From: a virus
Taxonomy: Duplodnaviria; Heunggongvirae; Uroviricota; Caudoviricetes
Direction: 5' to 3' (one strand)
Length of the DNA: 64,000 nucleotides
IMG/VR virus record: IMGVR_UViG_3300042006_000024
Of the stretch, positions 8,895 to 17,115 are shown piece by piece (the stretch's first letter is position 1; every line of letters begins with the position of its first letter). The translations under genes were made by a program, and so were the position numbers. The notes below the pieces were generated by a model. It was not told the DNA's origin. It did not search any database and saw only the letters and a list, made by a program, of their open reading frames with translations.

Positions 8895-9743
8895 TTACTT
8901 GGCGAAGACACGGTTGCTCAGACCGCTGCTACCCATTGCTTCGTATGGTACGAAGATCGCTGCCTTGTTCTCGGCCATCTTCTCCATCACTTCCAGCTGA
9001 CGGTATTGCAGCAGAGTAGGCGTGATGCCCGCGGCGGTGATGTTGTTTTCGTCACGAACAGTCTCAGCACGTTTCATGCGGATGTCGTAGTCTTTGGCAG
9101 CAAGCAGCAGTTCGTTTGCCCGTTCAACCATCTTCACAGCCTGGTTGTTTGCTTCGGTTTCAATCGCCATCTCACGTTCGTTGCGCTTCTGGATCGCGTT
9201 ATCGATTACGTCAGGATAGTCGATGTTCGCCATCGTGATGTTCGACACTTCCAGAGGACTGTTCGCCATCGCTTTGCGCAATTGATCGGTCAGGTCGTTG
9301 CTGATCTTGTCGTAGTTGTTGGCAACTTCGGTCACCTTGTACTTACTCAAGACAGACCGCGATACAGTTTGGACCATGTCCTTACCGTACACACCGTAGA
9401 CCATCGGCAGCGTCACCTGGAATTGCTGGTGCTTGATGTCGTTGAACATCGAGTTGATCACCTTCTCATTACCGTTGATGCGAGTACGGAAGCGCACTTG
9501 CAGGTTCAGGGTCAGGTCGTCGGCCATCTTGACTTGGATCGCCTCGGCCATGGTCTGAGTACTGGTGTCAAGGATCACCATGTCTTCAGTCCACCAGAGC
9601 CAGTACTTGCCAGTCTCTTTGACATCAGTGGAGTAGCCTGCGGCCGACAACACTTTACCTTTTGCTGCTGGCGGAACGGTCACTTTACCACAACCAACCA
9701 TTGCCAGGGCGAGTACTGCACAAACAATCATTTTCTTAAACAT
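8895..9743 (-). CDS. SPFH/band-7 domain lipoprotein
   Basis: Internal start MFKKMIVCAVLALAMVGCG gives a lipobox. Prohibitin-like coiled-coil C-terminus. The longer upstream extension overlaps its neighbour. Confidence 0.7.
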   Translation of the reverse strand: MFKKMIVCAVLALAMVGCGKVTVPPAAKGKVLSAAGYSTDVKETGKYWLWWTEDMVILDTSTQTMAEAIQVKMADDLTLNLQVRFRTRINGNEKVINSMFNDIKHQQFQVTLPMVYGVYGKDMVQTVSRSVLSKYKVTEVANNYDKISNDLTDQLRKAMANSPLEVSNITMANIDYPDVIDNAIQKRNEREMAIETEANNQAVKMVERANELLLAAKDYDIRMKRAETVRDENNITAAGITPTLLQYRQLEVMEKMAENKAAIFVPYEAMGSSGLSNRVFAK

Positions 9744-9744
9744 G

Positions 9745-10062
9745 TTACTTCGTTTCCTTGAGTTTGAGGGAATCTTCGAATTGCTGTTTGATGGAAGCCG
9801 CAGTATTGTGCGTGCTTTCAACTTTGTCAATAGTCAAAACAGGAGTTTCGACATCGAATTTGTTGCGACCAAGATCAGCTTGGCGAGTGCCTACGTCAAA
9901 CGCGCTGAGACCCACTACAGCAGCGAGAACCAGGGTAGCTAGTGCAACATACTTCTTGTGCTGGCGAAAGCTGTGCAGGGTGAGTAACGCAGTCACAGTC
10001 AGCACTACGATTGCCATGTACAGTTGCAGCGGGCTCCAACTCAGGTGAATTTCAACCATCAC
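9745..10062 (-). CDS. membrane protein, possible NfeD-like partner of the SPFH protein
   Basis: 105 aa with two predicted TM helices. Abuts the SPFH gene with a 1-nt gap. Confidence 0.45.
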   Translation of the reverse strand: MMVEIHLSWSPLQLYMAIVVLTVTALLTLHSFRQHKKYVALATLVLAAVVGLSAFDVGTRQADLGRNKFDVETPVLTIDKVESTHNTAASIKQQFEDSLKLKETK

Positions 10063-10331
10063 TTTGCATCCTTCATAGGTAGATCATTGATTGGGTTGCG
10101 ATTGCTCATGAGCAACGATGAATGTTGCAGGTCGATATTGTAGTCACTGGCCATACGCTTGACAATAGCTTTAACAACTTTGCCATTATCGCCGTTAGCT
10201 GGAACCCAGAGTCGCCAGAACGCAGGACCACTGCCAAAGTTCTCAATCACTACAGCTTCAACCAAACCGTTCTTTTGCTCTTGATACCACAGTTGTGGAC
10301 TATTGAGTTTGATCAGTTTCTTGTGTGCCAT
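10059..10331 (-). CDS. hypothetical protein (90 aa)
   Basis: ORF, ATGA-coupled to its neighbour. Confidence 0.45.
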   Translation of the reverse strand: MAHKKLIKLNSPQLWYQEQKNGLVEAVVIENFGSGPAFWRLWVPANGDNGKVVKAIVKRMASDYNIDLQHSSLLMSNRNPINDLPMKDAK

Positions 10332-10333
10332 GA

Positions 10334-10555
10334 TTACTTCGCTACCAGAACTTCAACGTGACTGAACGCGGTGTACGTAGGGCCGCCACCGTTTCGATCT
10401 TCTTTCAGGACGTGGCGGATAGCGGATACTAAGAGTTTGTGACCTTTATCATTGATGATAGTATCACCTTTATCAGGGTGAGTGCATGCGTGGTACGAAA
10501 ACAACTCCTCACCATCACTGACTTTAACAACTTTGATTTTGTAGATCCCGTGCAT
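10334..10555 (-). CDS. hypothetical protein (73 aa)
   Basis: ORF with an AAGGAGA RBS. Confidence 0.45.
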   Translation of the reverse strand: MHGIYKIKVVKVSDGEELFSYHACTHPDKGDTIINDKGHKLLVSAIRHVLKEDRNGGGPTYTAFSHVEVLVAK

Positions 10556-10576
10556 ATCGTCTCCTTTGTTAGTTGA

Positions 10577-10628
10577 GCTTTACTTTGTCGAGATGCGCAC
10601 TCTAACACGTCATTCGACAAAGTAAAGC
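10577..10628. repeat. 15-bp perfect inverted repeat (gctttactttgtcga / tcgacaaagtaaagc) with 22-nt loop
   Basis: Read directly from the sequence, in the gap between the RNA ligase stop and the next gene's RBS. No T-tract follows it. Confidence 0.7.
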
Positions 10629-10640
10629 CTCTATTTCAAA

Positions 10641-11723
10641 TCAATCGCCCTGTTTGATCAAATAACGGTTCGAAATTGCCTTGAACTGCCAGTTGCGAGT
10701 CAACGACTTGAACACCAAGCCCTCGCGAAACTTACCTTTCAAACCACTGTCACCATCGGCCAGAGCCAAGATTTCGGCCATAGTAGGAGGCAACATCATG
10801 CGCACGCTGAACGTAGGGACCATCTGCAAGTCAAGATCATCACAGACATGCCTTGCCTCACCAGGCAACATGTACTGCTGAGCATCGATGTCAAACACGT
10901 TGTAGACGTACAGCTCAACGTCATCCAAGCCTTCGAAGTTTGACTGGATACCAGGTCCAACCATCTCACCTTGAAGTGCAATGTTACGACCAGTCACGGC
11001 ATGATAGGTGCGCAGTTTGTCGTCAAGGTTGTATTTGTTGAAGGTCTTGACAAAGAGGTTTTCCTCATTGCCTTCAAACTTCAGCTCCAGGTTACGCGAG
11101 CAAACGCCAGTGACAACAACATCCTCAGCATTTTTCTTGACATAGCCTGTGAAGCTGCTACCATCAAGCTTGTAGGTAACGTTGAACTCTTCCTGAGAGT
11201 CAACAGCGTCTTGATACTGACGCTTGAGGTTCTGCACCCGTTCCTGATCGGACTTGCGGATGAACTGCGGGAAGTTGCCTTTGGCCAACCCTGCAAGATT
11301 CGCATTGACTGGGCGTTCCCATTTCAGGATGCCCAGGGTTTCAGTCAGGTCAGTTTCTGTGCCTACCAACAGGTCATCGGCCAACTGAACAGCGATAGCA
11401 TCACCGTTAGGCAACTCTTTCACAGGGATCAACAAGCCTTGACTGATCTCACCGCGCAGTTTGATGGTGCGCAGACGCTCACCTTTGACGCCTTCGTAGA
11501 CCTTCGGCTCTTTGTCTTTCGACAGGAACGGTGCGATCTCATGTGGAATCCAGCTGTCAACTTCGAAGTAACAGGCAATATCACCAGTCACATACAAACC
11601 TTTCTGAGCAACTACACGCCAGCCACCGATTGTGGCGATGTCAAGGGCATCAGCGTTTGGGTGTGCAATTACTTCATCCAGCACAACCAAACGCGCTAGT
11701 TTACGTTCACTCATTTCTTTCAA
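10641..11723 (-). CDS. ATP-dependent RNA ligase (Rnl family)
   Basis: Nucleotidyltransferase motif I YKLDGSS, motif IV EGLVFK, motif V KAISNRYLIK. 360 aa. Confidence 0.65.
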   Translation of the reverse strand: MKEMSERKLARLVVLDEVIAHPNADALDIATIGGWRVVAQKGLYVTGDIACYFEVDSWIPHEIAPFLSKDKEPKVYEGVKGERLRTIKLRGEISQGLLIPVKELPNGDAIAVQLADDLLVGTETDLTETLGILKWERPVNANLAGLAKGNFPQFIRKSDQERVQNLKRQYQDAVDSQEEFNVTYKLDGSSFTGYVKKNAEDVVVTGVCSRNLELKFEGNEENLFVKTFNKYNLDDKLRTYHAVTGRNIALQGEMVGPGIQSNFEGLDDVELYVYNVFDIDAQQYMLPGEARHVCDDLDLQMVPTFSVRMMLPPTMAEILALADGDSGLKGKFREGLVFKSLTRNWQFKAISNRYLIKQGD

Positions 11724-12544
11724 TCCTTCAGGTCAGGGTGTTTGTGTTTGTTGTCAAGCATGAGTTCGATTTCACGCGCTTTGTAACTGATTTCTTCTTT
11801 GGAGAAGGTCGACTCACGGTAATCGTGATAGCGCTGCCATGCACGCATCATTTCATACATCGGTGTGTTGTAGTCAATCTCAGATATGCCAACCCCAAGC
11901 GACTTTGCTACAGCCAAGCGAACACCGAGGGCTGATAGATTGACACCTTCGAGATCCTCGCTGTAGAGTTTCGGATCGATCAACGCACCGACAGCACACA
12001 TGCAACCATCAGAGGTGCGATACTGACACGAACCGTGTTCACCGGCTGCTTGCTTGCCTTGCTTGAGCAAGTGGTCAGCAATATAGCCTGAAACTTGTTT
12101 GATATGACGCTTGGTGATTTCACCGGTCATGTCGTACCGTTCGCGAGTTTTCAGGTGCTCATGCATTGTCGATGGAGAGTCTGGACTACCGGCGTCTGCA
12201 CCTTCTTGAATCCAACGCCCGTAATTAATGCGGAATACAGGTTCACCGTCTTCGTACTGCGCGTATGCGGAATCGTGGTAGTTCTGCCAAGCTTTCAACA
12301 ATGCGAGTGTGTCCACATCGAGCTTCATTTTCAGCGACAAGCCAACGGCGGTGATGATCTCTTCGCGCCCCATAGCCTTGCCTTCAAGTTCAGGGCTGTA
12401 GACTTCATCGGGGATCAAACAACCGACGGCACACATGTTACCGTTGATGTTGCTATACTTACATGTACCATTGTTAGTTTCGCTTTTCGCCTTCTGTTTG
12501 ATCAGATGGTCACGGATCTTTTCGGAGATTTGCAGGAGAGTCAT
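11720..12544 (-). CDS. protein with tandem duplication of a Cys-motif domain (family copies 1 and 2)
   Basis: Two ~135-aa repeats, each with HLIKQ, C.YR and MCAVGCLI motifs. Confidence 0.6.
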   Translation of the reverse strand: MTLLQISEKIRDHLIKQKAKSETNNGTCKYSNINGNMCAVGCLIPDEVYSPELEGKAMGREEIITAVGLSLKMKLDVDTLALLKAWQNYHDSAYAQYEDGEPVFRINYGRWIQEGADAGSPDSPSTMHEHLKTRERYDMTGEITKRHIKQVSGYIADHLLKQGKQAAGEHGSCQYRTSDGCMCAVGALIDPKLYSEDLEGVNLSALGVRLAVAKSLGVGISEIDYNTPMYEMMRAWQRYHDYRESTFSKEEISYKAREIELMLDNKHKHPDLKD

Positions 12545-12945
12545 ACGGTCAGTTCCTTGAGAATCATATCGTGGAAGTGGGTAGGGCTGTTTGGCTCATC
12601 GCTCGGCTTATTAACCCAGTCAGTGTAGCGATAGGTTTTAGTCGACAGCACGTCGCAACTTTCATAAAACGAATCGTGATACGACTGCCATGCGCGAAAC
12701 AGTTGAGACGCTGTTTCATCAACCAACACGCCAGACAGTTTGAGCGCATCAGTGATAGACGGGTCGTCTGCCATCTTACCTTCAAGGTCAGGGTCATATG
12801 CATCATCATTGATGAGGCAACCGACTGCACACATCAAGCCTGCCTCACTGCGGTATTTGCAACTACCATGATCGCTTACGCTTTTGCTACGTTGTTTGAT
12901 CAGATGGTCACGGATTGTTTCGGACAACTGTACAAGAGTTTTCAT
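12541..12945 (-). CDS. Cys-motif domain protein (family copy 3)
   Basis: 134 aa. IRDHLIKQ...CKYR...MCAVGCLI...WQSYHD. Confidence 0.6.
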   Translation of the reverse strand: MKTLVQLSETIRDHLIKQRSKSVSDHGSCKYRSEAGLMCAVGCLINDDAYDPDLEGKMADDPSITDALKLSGVLVDETASQLFRAWQSYHDSFYESCDVLSTKTYRYTDWVNKPSDEPNSPTHFHDMILKELTV

Positions 12946-12950
12946 AACGA

Positions 12951-13289
12951 TTACCTCAAAAATGGATGTGGGAGACAGACTTGGATGTAAGCTTCACCTG
13001 GCTCGCCTTCACCTTCAAGACATCTGAAGCAGTTGGTAGGGAAGCCCAGCATTGTAAACAACTCTTGATGTTCCTCTAGAGTAGCCTCGCGGCCAAGTTC
13101 ATCAAGCGTATTCACGCGCAACCTGTTCTCAACGTTAACCTGACTCAGTACGACAGCAACGACACTAAGCTTAGAGTTGATGAACGCCTCTTCAACAGAA
13201 TGCATGAAGCGGTTGACGTTATCATACTGGCGAATCACGCGTTGAACGCGCACGCGCTTAGCCATTTCACTTGCTAACAAACGGTTCAT
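12951..13289 (-). CDS. hypothetical protein (112 aa)
   Basis: ORF, ATGA-coupled upstream. Confidence 0.5.
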   Translation of the reverse strand: MNRLLASEMAKRVRVQRVIRQYDNVNRFMHSVEEAFINSKLSVVAVVLSQVNVENRLRVNTLDELGREATLEEHQELFTMLGFPTNCFRCLEGEGEPGEAYIQVCLPHPFLR

Positions 13290-13453
13290 TTTTGCTCCAG
13301 GAATTGTTGGGACTCACCTTCACCAATACAGATGGCGATTGTCTTACCCAGTTTAACAACTTCAGTGAACACGAGGCTACCAATAACATGGTTGAACGCA
13401 ACTGCATCGGACATCAAAGAGTTGAAACGGTCTTTATCGATTTGAACGATCAT
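13286..13453 (-). CDS. small hypothetical ORF (55 aa), first gene of the operon
   Basis: ATG at 13451-13453. Its stop overlaps the next gene's ATG as ATGA. A promoter lies immediately upstream. Confidence 0.3.
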   Translation of the reverse strand: MIVQIDKDRFNSLMSDAVAFNHVIGSLVFTEVVKLGKTIAICIGEGESQQFLEQK

Positions 13454-13496
13454 GATATAAGGTCTCAGTCACTGTTGGTTACGCTGTCAGGCCCCA

Positions 13497-13525
13497 ATTG
13501 TAGTACACAGAATGCAATGCGTCAA
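13497..13525 (-). promoter_or_regulatory. sigma70-type promoter TTGACG-17-TACAAT
   Basis: Minus strand: -35 at 13520-13525, -10 at 13497-13502, 17-nt spacer. Confidence 0.5.
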
Positions 13526-13532
13526 GCGCTAA

Positions 13533-13775
13533 TCACACTACATCCAATTTATTTTTGTCTTCGAAGTATGCGTCAAGACGCTTGACGAACTTGGTAGCTT
13601 CACTGAACGCTTGACCGTCGTCCATCTTCAGCATGTCAAGCAAACGCTCTTGAGCGGTACGCAGAAGGGCTTTCAGCTCGCGGTTTTCGCGCTGTGTGTG
13701 AGCAAGTACCAAATTCGCGATGCGCGATGCTTTGTTAGGGTCTTCACCAGAGTAATAGAGAATACGTTCACTCAT
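13533..13775 (-). CDS. hypothetical protein (80 aa)
   Basis: ORF in a coupled small-gene operon. Confidence 0.45.
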   Translation of the reverse strand: MSERILYYSGEDPNKASRIANLVLAHTQRENRELKALLRTAQERLLDMLKMDDGQAFSEATKFVKRLDAYFEDKNKLDVV

Positions 13776-13990
13776 GATGTAATTACCTCGGCTTCAGTTT
13801 CGATCCATACGCGAGCACCACAAGCAAGAGGCTTATCGGGTGAATAGACTACGCGACTAGGGCCTTTAATCTCGACCTCATGCGCGTAACGATTTTCCTT
13901 GTACGTCTTCACAGTAAGAGTCGGTTTGTTCTCACCGTTCTTCGCGTTCGACTTGATAACATGTTGGTTCACATGTATGACTGTTTTCAT
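13772..13990 (-). CDS. hypothetical protein (72 aa)
   Basis: ORF with an ATGA overlap. Confidence 0.45.
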   Translation of the reverse strand: MKTVIHVNQHVIKSNAKNGENKPTLTVKTYKENRYAHEVEIKGPSRVVYSPDKPLACGARVWIETEAEVITS

Positions 13991-13991
13991 G

Positions 13992-14300
13992 TCAATACAA
14001 ATCCTCGCTGAACAGTTCGGTCGAACCCTGATTACCAGACTTCAGACGGCGCTTGTTGAGTTGACCACCAGCCAGAGCGATCTTGTAAGCCTCACTGCGA
14101 TCCATGAAGACACCGAACTGGTCGATAAAGCCTTCTTCATACTCACCAAGGCCATCCGATTCGATCAGACGGTCTTCGTTCATACGGTCAAGTTGTGAAT
14201 GCATGACCATATCAAAGTGACGTGCACCTGCAATGATGACCTTGCCATAACGAACAGCCGCACAGACGACGAAACGCCCTTCAATCAGTACAGTGGACAT
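13992..14300 (-). CDS. hypothetical protein (102 aa)
   Basis: ORF. Confidence 0.5.
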   Translation of the reverse strand: MSTVLIEGRFVVCAAVRYGKVIIAGARHFDMVMHSQLDRMNEDRLIESDGLGEYEEGFIDQFGVFMDRSEAYKIALAGGQLNKRRLKSGNQGSTELFSEDLY

Positions 14301-14470
14301 TAGAGGCAGCCTGCATTAGGCTGCTGTTGGTGACGCTTGTGATGATCTTCCATCAAAGCCTCACGGATGGCGTTCTCAAGCATGAACCTGCGATCATCAG
14401 CGCAGTCGGCATTACGGAGTGGGTCAATGTAGCGCTGTGCAATAGCACGAACGCGGCTTTCATCTAACAT
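14300..14470 (-). CDS. small hypothetical ORF (56 aa)
   Basis: ATG at 14468-14470. TAATG overlap with the 102-aa gene. Below the track cutoff. Confidence 0.3.
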   Translation of the reverse strand: MLDESRVRAIAQRYIDPLRNADCADDRRFMLENAIREALMEDHHKRHQQQPNAGCL

Positions 14471-14472
14471 GA

Positions 14473-14727
14473 TTACAGTCCTAATGAGGTTTTGAGAAGT
14501 TGGATTGCCACGAGGTTATCTTGCTCAAGTGCTGAGCCTTTATACCCGTCGTATTCATCGTACATCGTGTGATGTTGGTGGTTCGCTTCGATACACATCA
14601 AAGCATTCGCAAACACCCGAAGGCTCAGAGCGCGGGCTTTGATTTGGTAGTCATACTCGATGTGCGAAACAGTTTTGCGATTTTCGAGGTCAACCAAAGG
14701 CTTTTTGTGTTCGGCGTAAAGTGACAT
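14473..14727 (-). CDS. hypothetical protein (84 aa, internal start MSLYAEHK)
   Basis: The longer 117-aa version would contain the promoter. The ATG at 14725-14727 has an RBS (GAGGGGAT). Confidence 0.45.
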   Translation of the reverse strand: MSLYAEHKKPLVDLENRKTVSHIEYDYQIKARALSLRVFANALMCIEANHQHHTMYDEYDGYKGSALEQDNLVAIQLLKTSLGL

Positions 14728-14757
14728 GATGATCCCCTCTTCACATTTATTCCGTGC

Positions 14758-14786
14758 ATAGTAAAGGGGCCGAAGCCCCTTGTCAA
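14758..14786 (-). promoter_or_regulatory. sigma70 promoter TTGACA-17-TACTAT with a GC hairpin (UUCG loop) in the spacer
   Basis: Minus strand: TTGACA aggggcttcggcccctt TACTAT. Confidence 0.55.
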
Positions 14787-14800
14787 AGGATTTGTTGGAC

Positions 14801-14986
14801 TTAGAAGTCGTCAGCGAGGTCAGCAACAGCAGTCACAAGACCATCGAAGTCTTCATTAGGACCGTAGACGTTGGCGAGTACAAACACAGCATCTTCATCA
14901 ACGCCGTTTTCTTCAGCGAGCGAACGCAGATAGTGGGCACGAGATTTGTAGCCATTATCAGCGTAGACGTTCTGTGCGATGTTCAT
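14801..14986 (-). CDS. hypothetical acidic protein (61 aa)
   Basis: ORF with an AGGAG RBS, directly downstream of the promoter at 15027-15055. Confidence 0.45.
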   Translation of the reverse strand: MNIAQNVYADNGYKSRAHYLRSLAEENGVDEDAVFVLANVYGPNEDFDGLVTAVADLADDF

Positions 14987-15026
14987 GATGTAACTCCTGC
15001 TTCACGTTGTTTGTTTTGATGTGTCC

Positions 15027-15055
15027 ATGGTAAAGGGCCCGAAGGCCCTTGTCAA
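15027..15055 (-). promoter_or_regulatory. sigma70 promoter TTGACA-17-TACCAT with a GC hairpin (UUCG loop) in the spacer
   Basis: Minus strand: TTGACA agggccttcgggccctt TACCAT. Paralogous to the element at 14758-14786. Confidence 0.55.
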
Positions 15056-15071
15056 GCATTTTGTGTGAGGA

Positions 15072-16010
15072 TTATTCTTCGATGTAGCTGAAGCTTTCGC
15101 ACACATGGTTCGGGATCAGTTGACGATGCTGAATCCAGCCTTTGAAGTTACCTGAATGGAAGACACCTTTGCGATCCATGTGAGTGATACCCTCCTGCCA
15201 TTCGGTCAAATGCTCATATGCACTATCACCCAAGCGCGGTTTCTCGATTGGAGTACCCTGGTGCTCGAACGGGCTAGCGTGTACTTTATCGGCCCCTACA
15301 AGACGATCATAGAGCCCTACAGCTTTCTCAAGGCTGTCATCACTCTTACGATACGACACTTGGGCACAACATGACGAACTGATCTTCAGGGCTTCAGCCA
15401 GGGTGTACTCATGAACATCTGTACCGCTACCTTCAAGGAACTCGCTCCAGTAGCCGTCGAAGTAGAACGGAACGTGCCACTCACCAGGTAGCAATAGACG
15501 CGGCGAACTTTCGTTGTATGCAGCAAGCATCACGTTAGCCAGGACTTTGATGGTCGGATCAGCCATCTCGCAATGACGCAACCAGAACCAGTTGTCATAT
15601 GAAGTCGAAGTCACAACCACTTTGATGTTCTGGGCGAACTCAGTACCACGGTTGGCGACTTGCTTGTGATAACCCGCTTCAGCAAAACCTTCACTGAACT
15701 TGGCAGCGCTCAGTGCCATCAGCTTCCACCATTCTTGAGGTGTGTAGCCGTTGATCAGTTCGAAGTGTTCACCAGCGTCCTGCATACCAGTCTGGTTCTT
15801 ACCGAAGTGAACAGGCATTGCAGGGTCGTTCATGACACGATCAAGCACAGCCTTTGTAGGGATAGCGCGTGAACTTGCGGCATTACGCGAGAACTCACGG
15901 TGAGTCATCAGCTCGGCGTGAACGATGCGCGGATAGTCGAGGACGAAGGTCGTAATGCGGACACCATCTTCATTAATGGAGTCAGCAATGATTTCAGCAG
16001 TAACGGTCAT
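15072..16010 (-). CDS. thyX: flavin-dependent thymidylate synthase (ThyX-like)
   Basis: HREFSRNAASSR matches the ThyX RHR-x7-S motif region. 312 aa. In the td position next to the nrd genes. Confidence 0.6.
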   Translation of the reverse strand: MTVTAEIIADSINEDGVRITTFVLDYPRIVHAELMTHREFSRNAASSRAIPTKAVLDRVMNDPAMPVHFGKNQTGMQDAGEHFELINGYTPQEWWKLMALSAAKFSEGFAEAGYHKQVANRGTEFAQNIKVVVTSTSYDNWFWLRHCEMADPTIKVLANVMLAAYNESSPRLLLPGEWHVPFYFDGYWSEFLEGSGTDVHEYTLAEALKISSSCCAQVSYRKSDDSLEKAVGLYDRLVGADKVHASPFEHQGTPIEKPRLGDSAYEHLTEWQEGITHMDRKGVFHSGNFKGWIQHRQLIPNHVCESFSYIEE

Positions 16011-16183
16011 ACAGTTTCCTTAGGATTAGTGTGGGTCAGACATGCGACGTCGAAATTGACAATTCGAATATCGTTTAGGTCATCCACGTATGAGCATGTT
16101 GCCTTGACGCCTACAAGTTTCTCAACAGTCATTTCAGGACTACCACTGTTCAAGAAAACGACGTCACCTTGTTTGATTGTCAT
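16007..16183 (-). CDS. small DUF2158/YodC-like protein (58 aa)
   Basis: MTIKQGDVVFLNSGSPEMTV matches the DUF2158 signature. ATGA overlap with thyX. Confidence 0.4.
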   Translation of the reverse strand: MTIKQGDVVFLNSGSPEMTVEKLVGVKATCSYVDDLNDIRIVNFDVACLTHTNPKETV

Positions 16184-16185
16184 GA

Positions 16186-16572
16186 TTAGTTACCGTTATG
16201 AGCGAATTGGTCGAGGATGTGTGCGTCTTCTTCCTCGAAGACATGCGCAGGGATTTCTGGCAGTTCTGTGGCTTCAAGTGGTGCAGAGTTTGAAACACTT
16301 TCCAGAACTTCAGCATCATCACCGTAGTGTTGTTTGCGTGCGATCATACCTTCAATGCGCCAGATCTTGTCGAGGGCTTCCTCACGCGAGTACTTGCGAC
16401 CCAGTTCATCTTTGAACTCTTCAGGGTTGATCGGTGCACTTTCACCAGTGACGTAATAGCCACCCCTGGTGTAAATGATGCACATCATGAAACGATCACC
16501 ACGAGTGAGGTACTCTTCAGTCAGAACTTGGTTCTCGATCCATTCGTGCGACAACTTTTTAGGATTTGCCAT
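16186..16572 (-). CDS. hypothetical acidic protein (128 aa)
   Basis: ORF. Confidence 0.5.
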   Translation of the reverse strand: MANPKKLSHEWIENQVLTEEYLTRGDRFMMCIIYTRGGYYVTGESAPINPEEFKDELGRKYSREEALDKIWRIEGMIARKQHYGDDAEVLESVSNSAPLEATELPEIPAHVFEEEDAHILDQFAHNGN

Positions 16573-16804
16573 TCAGACGCGCCTCAAGTTGAGTGTAACC
16601 ACCGATGTATTCAGACATACCTTCAGCGGTCAGGAAGATTTGTGGGACAGAACTGATCGATGTACCGACCATTTCTTCAAGTTGTTCTTTCTGGATATCG
16701 TCACCGACTACCTTATAGTCGAATTCGATACCTTTCATCTTGCACAACACTTTTGCCTTTTCGCAAAAGGTGCAGCCAGGACGGCCATAGATCAATGCCT
16801 TCAT
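16559..16804 (-). CDS. glutaredoxin-like protein (NrdC/NrdH-type redoxin)
   Basis: CTFC (CxxC) active site 10 aa from the N-terminus, 81 aa, adjacent to the nrd genes. Confidence 0.7.
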   Translation of the reverse strand: MKALIYGRPGCTFCEKAKVLCKMKGIEFDYKVVGDDIQKEQLEEMVGTSISSVPQIFLTAEGMSEYIGGYTQLEARLNGKS

Positions 16805-16836
16805 ATGTAACTCCAGAGGTGTATAATGTGATTTGT

Positions 16837-17115
16837 TTAGCGAGGGTTTATGATGAATTTGTTAAACACGAGGGCAATCGTGTAGTAAGGTTCAGCACAC
16901 GGGCGGTCTTCGCAGTCATAGTCCATCACGTAACCTAGATTCTCCATGTCGCGAATGAAGCTAACACGATCCCAAGGAACTCGCTTAGAATCGATCCTGA
17001 CGCGCATGTCTGAACTTGCGCGCATGCGTGGGAGTAAGTGATCTTTCAACCACTCTTCGAGCCCCTCACATGCTTGAGTTTCTTGGATCAGGGTGTACAT
17101 CTCGTGTGCGTTCAT
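16837..17115 (-). CDS. hypothetical protein (92 aa)
   Basis: ORF. Confidence 0.45.
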   Translation of the reverse strand: MNAHEMYTLIQETQACEGLEEWLKDHLLPRMRASSDMRVRIDSKRVPWDRVSFIRDMENLGYVMDYDCEDRPCAEPYYTIALVFNKFIINPR

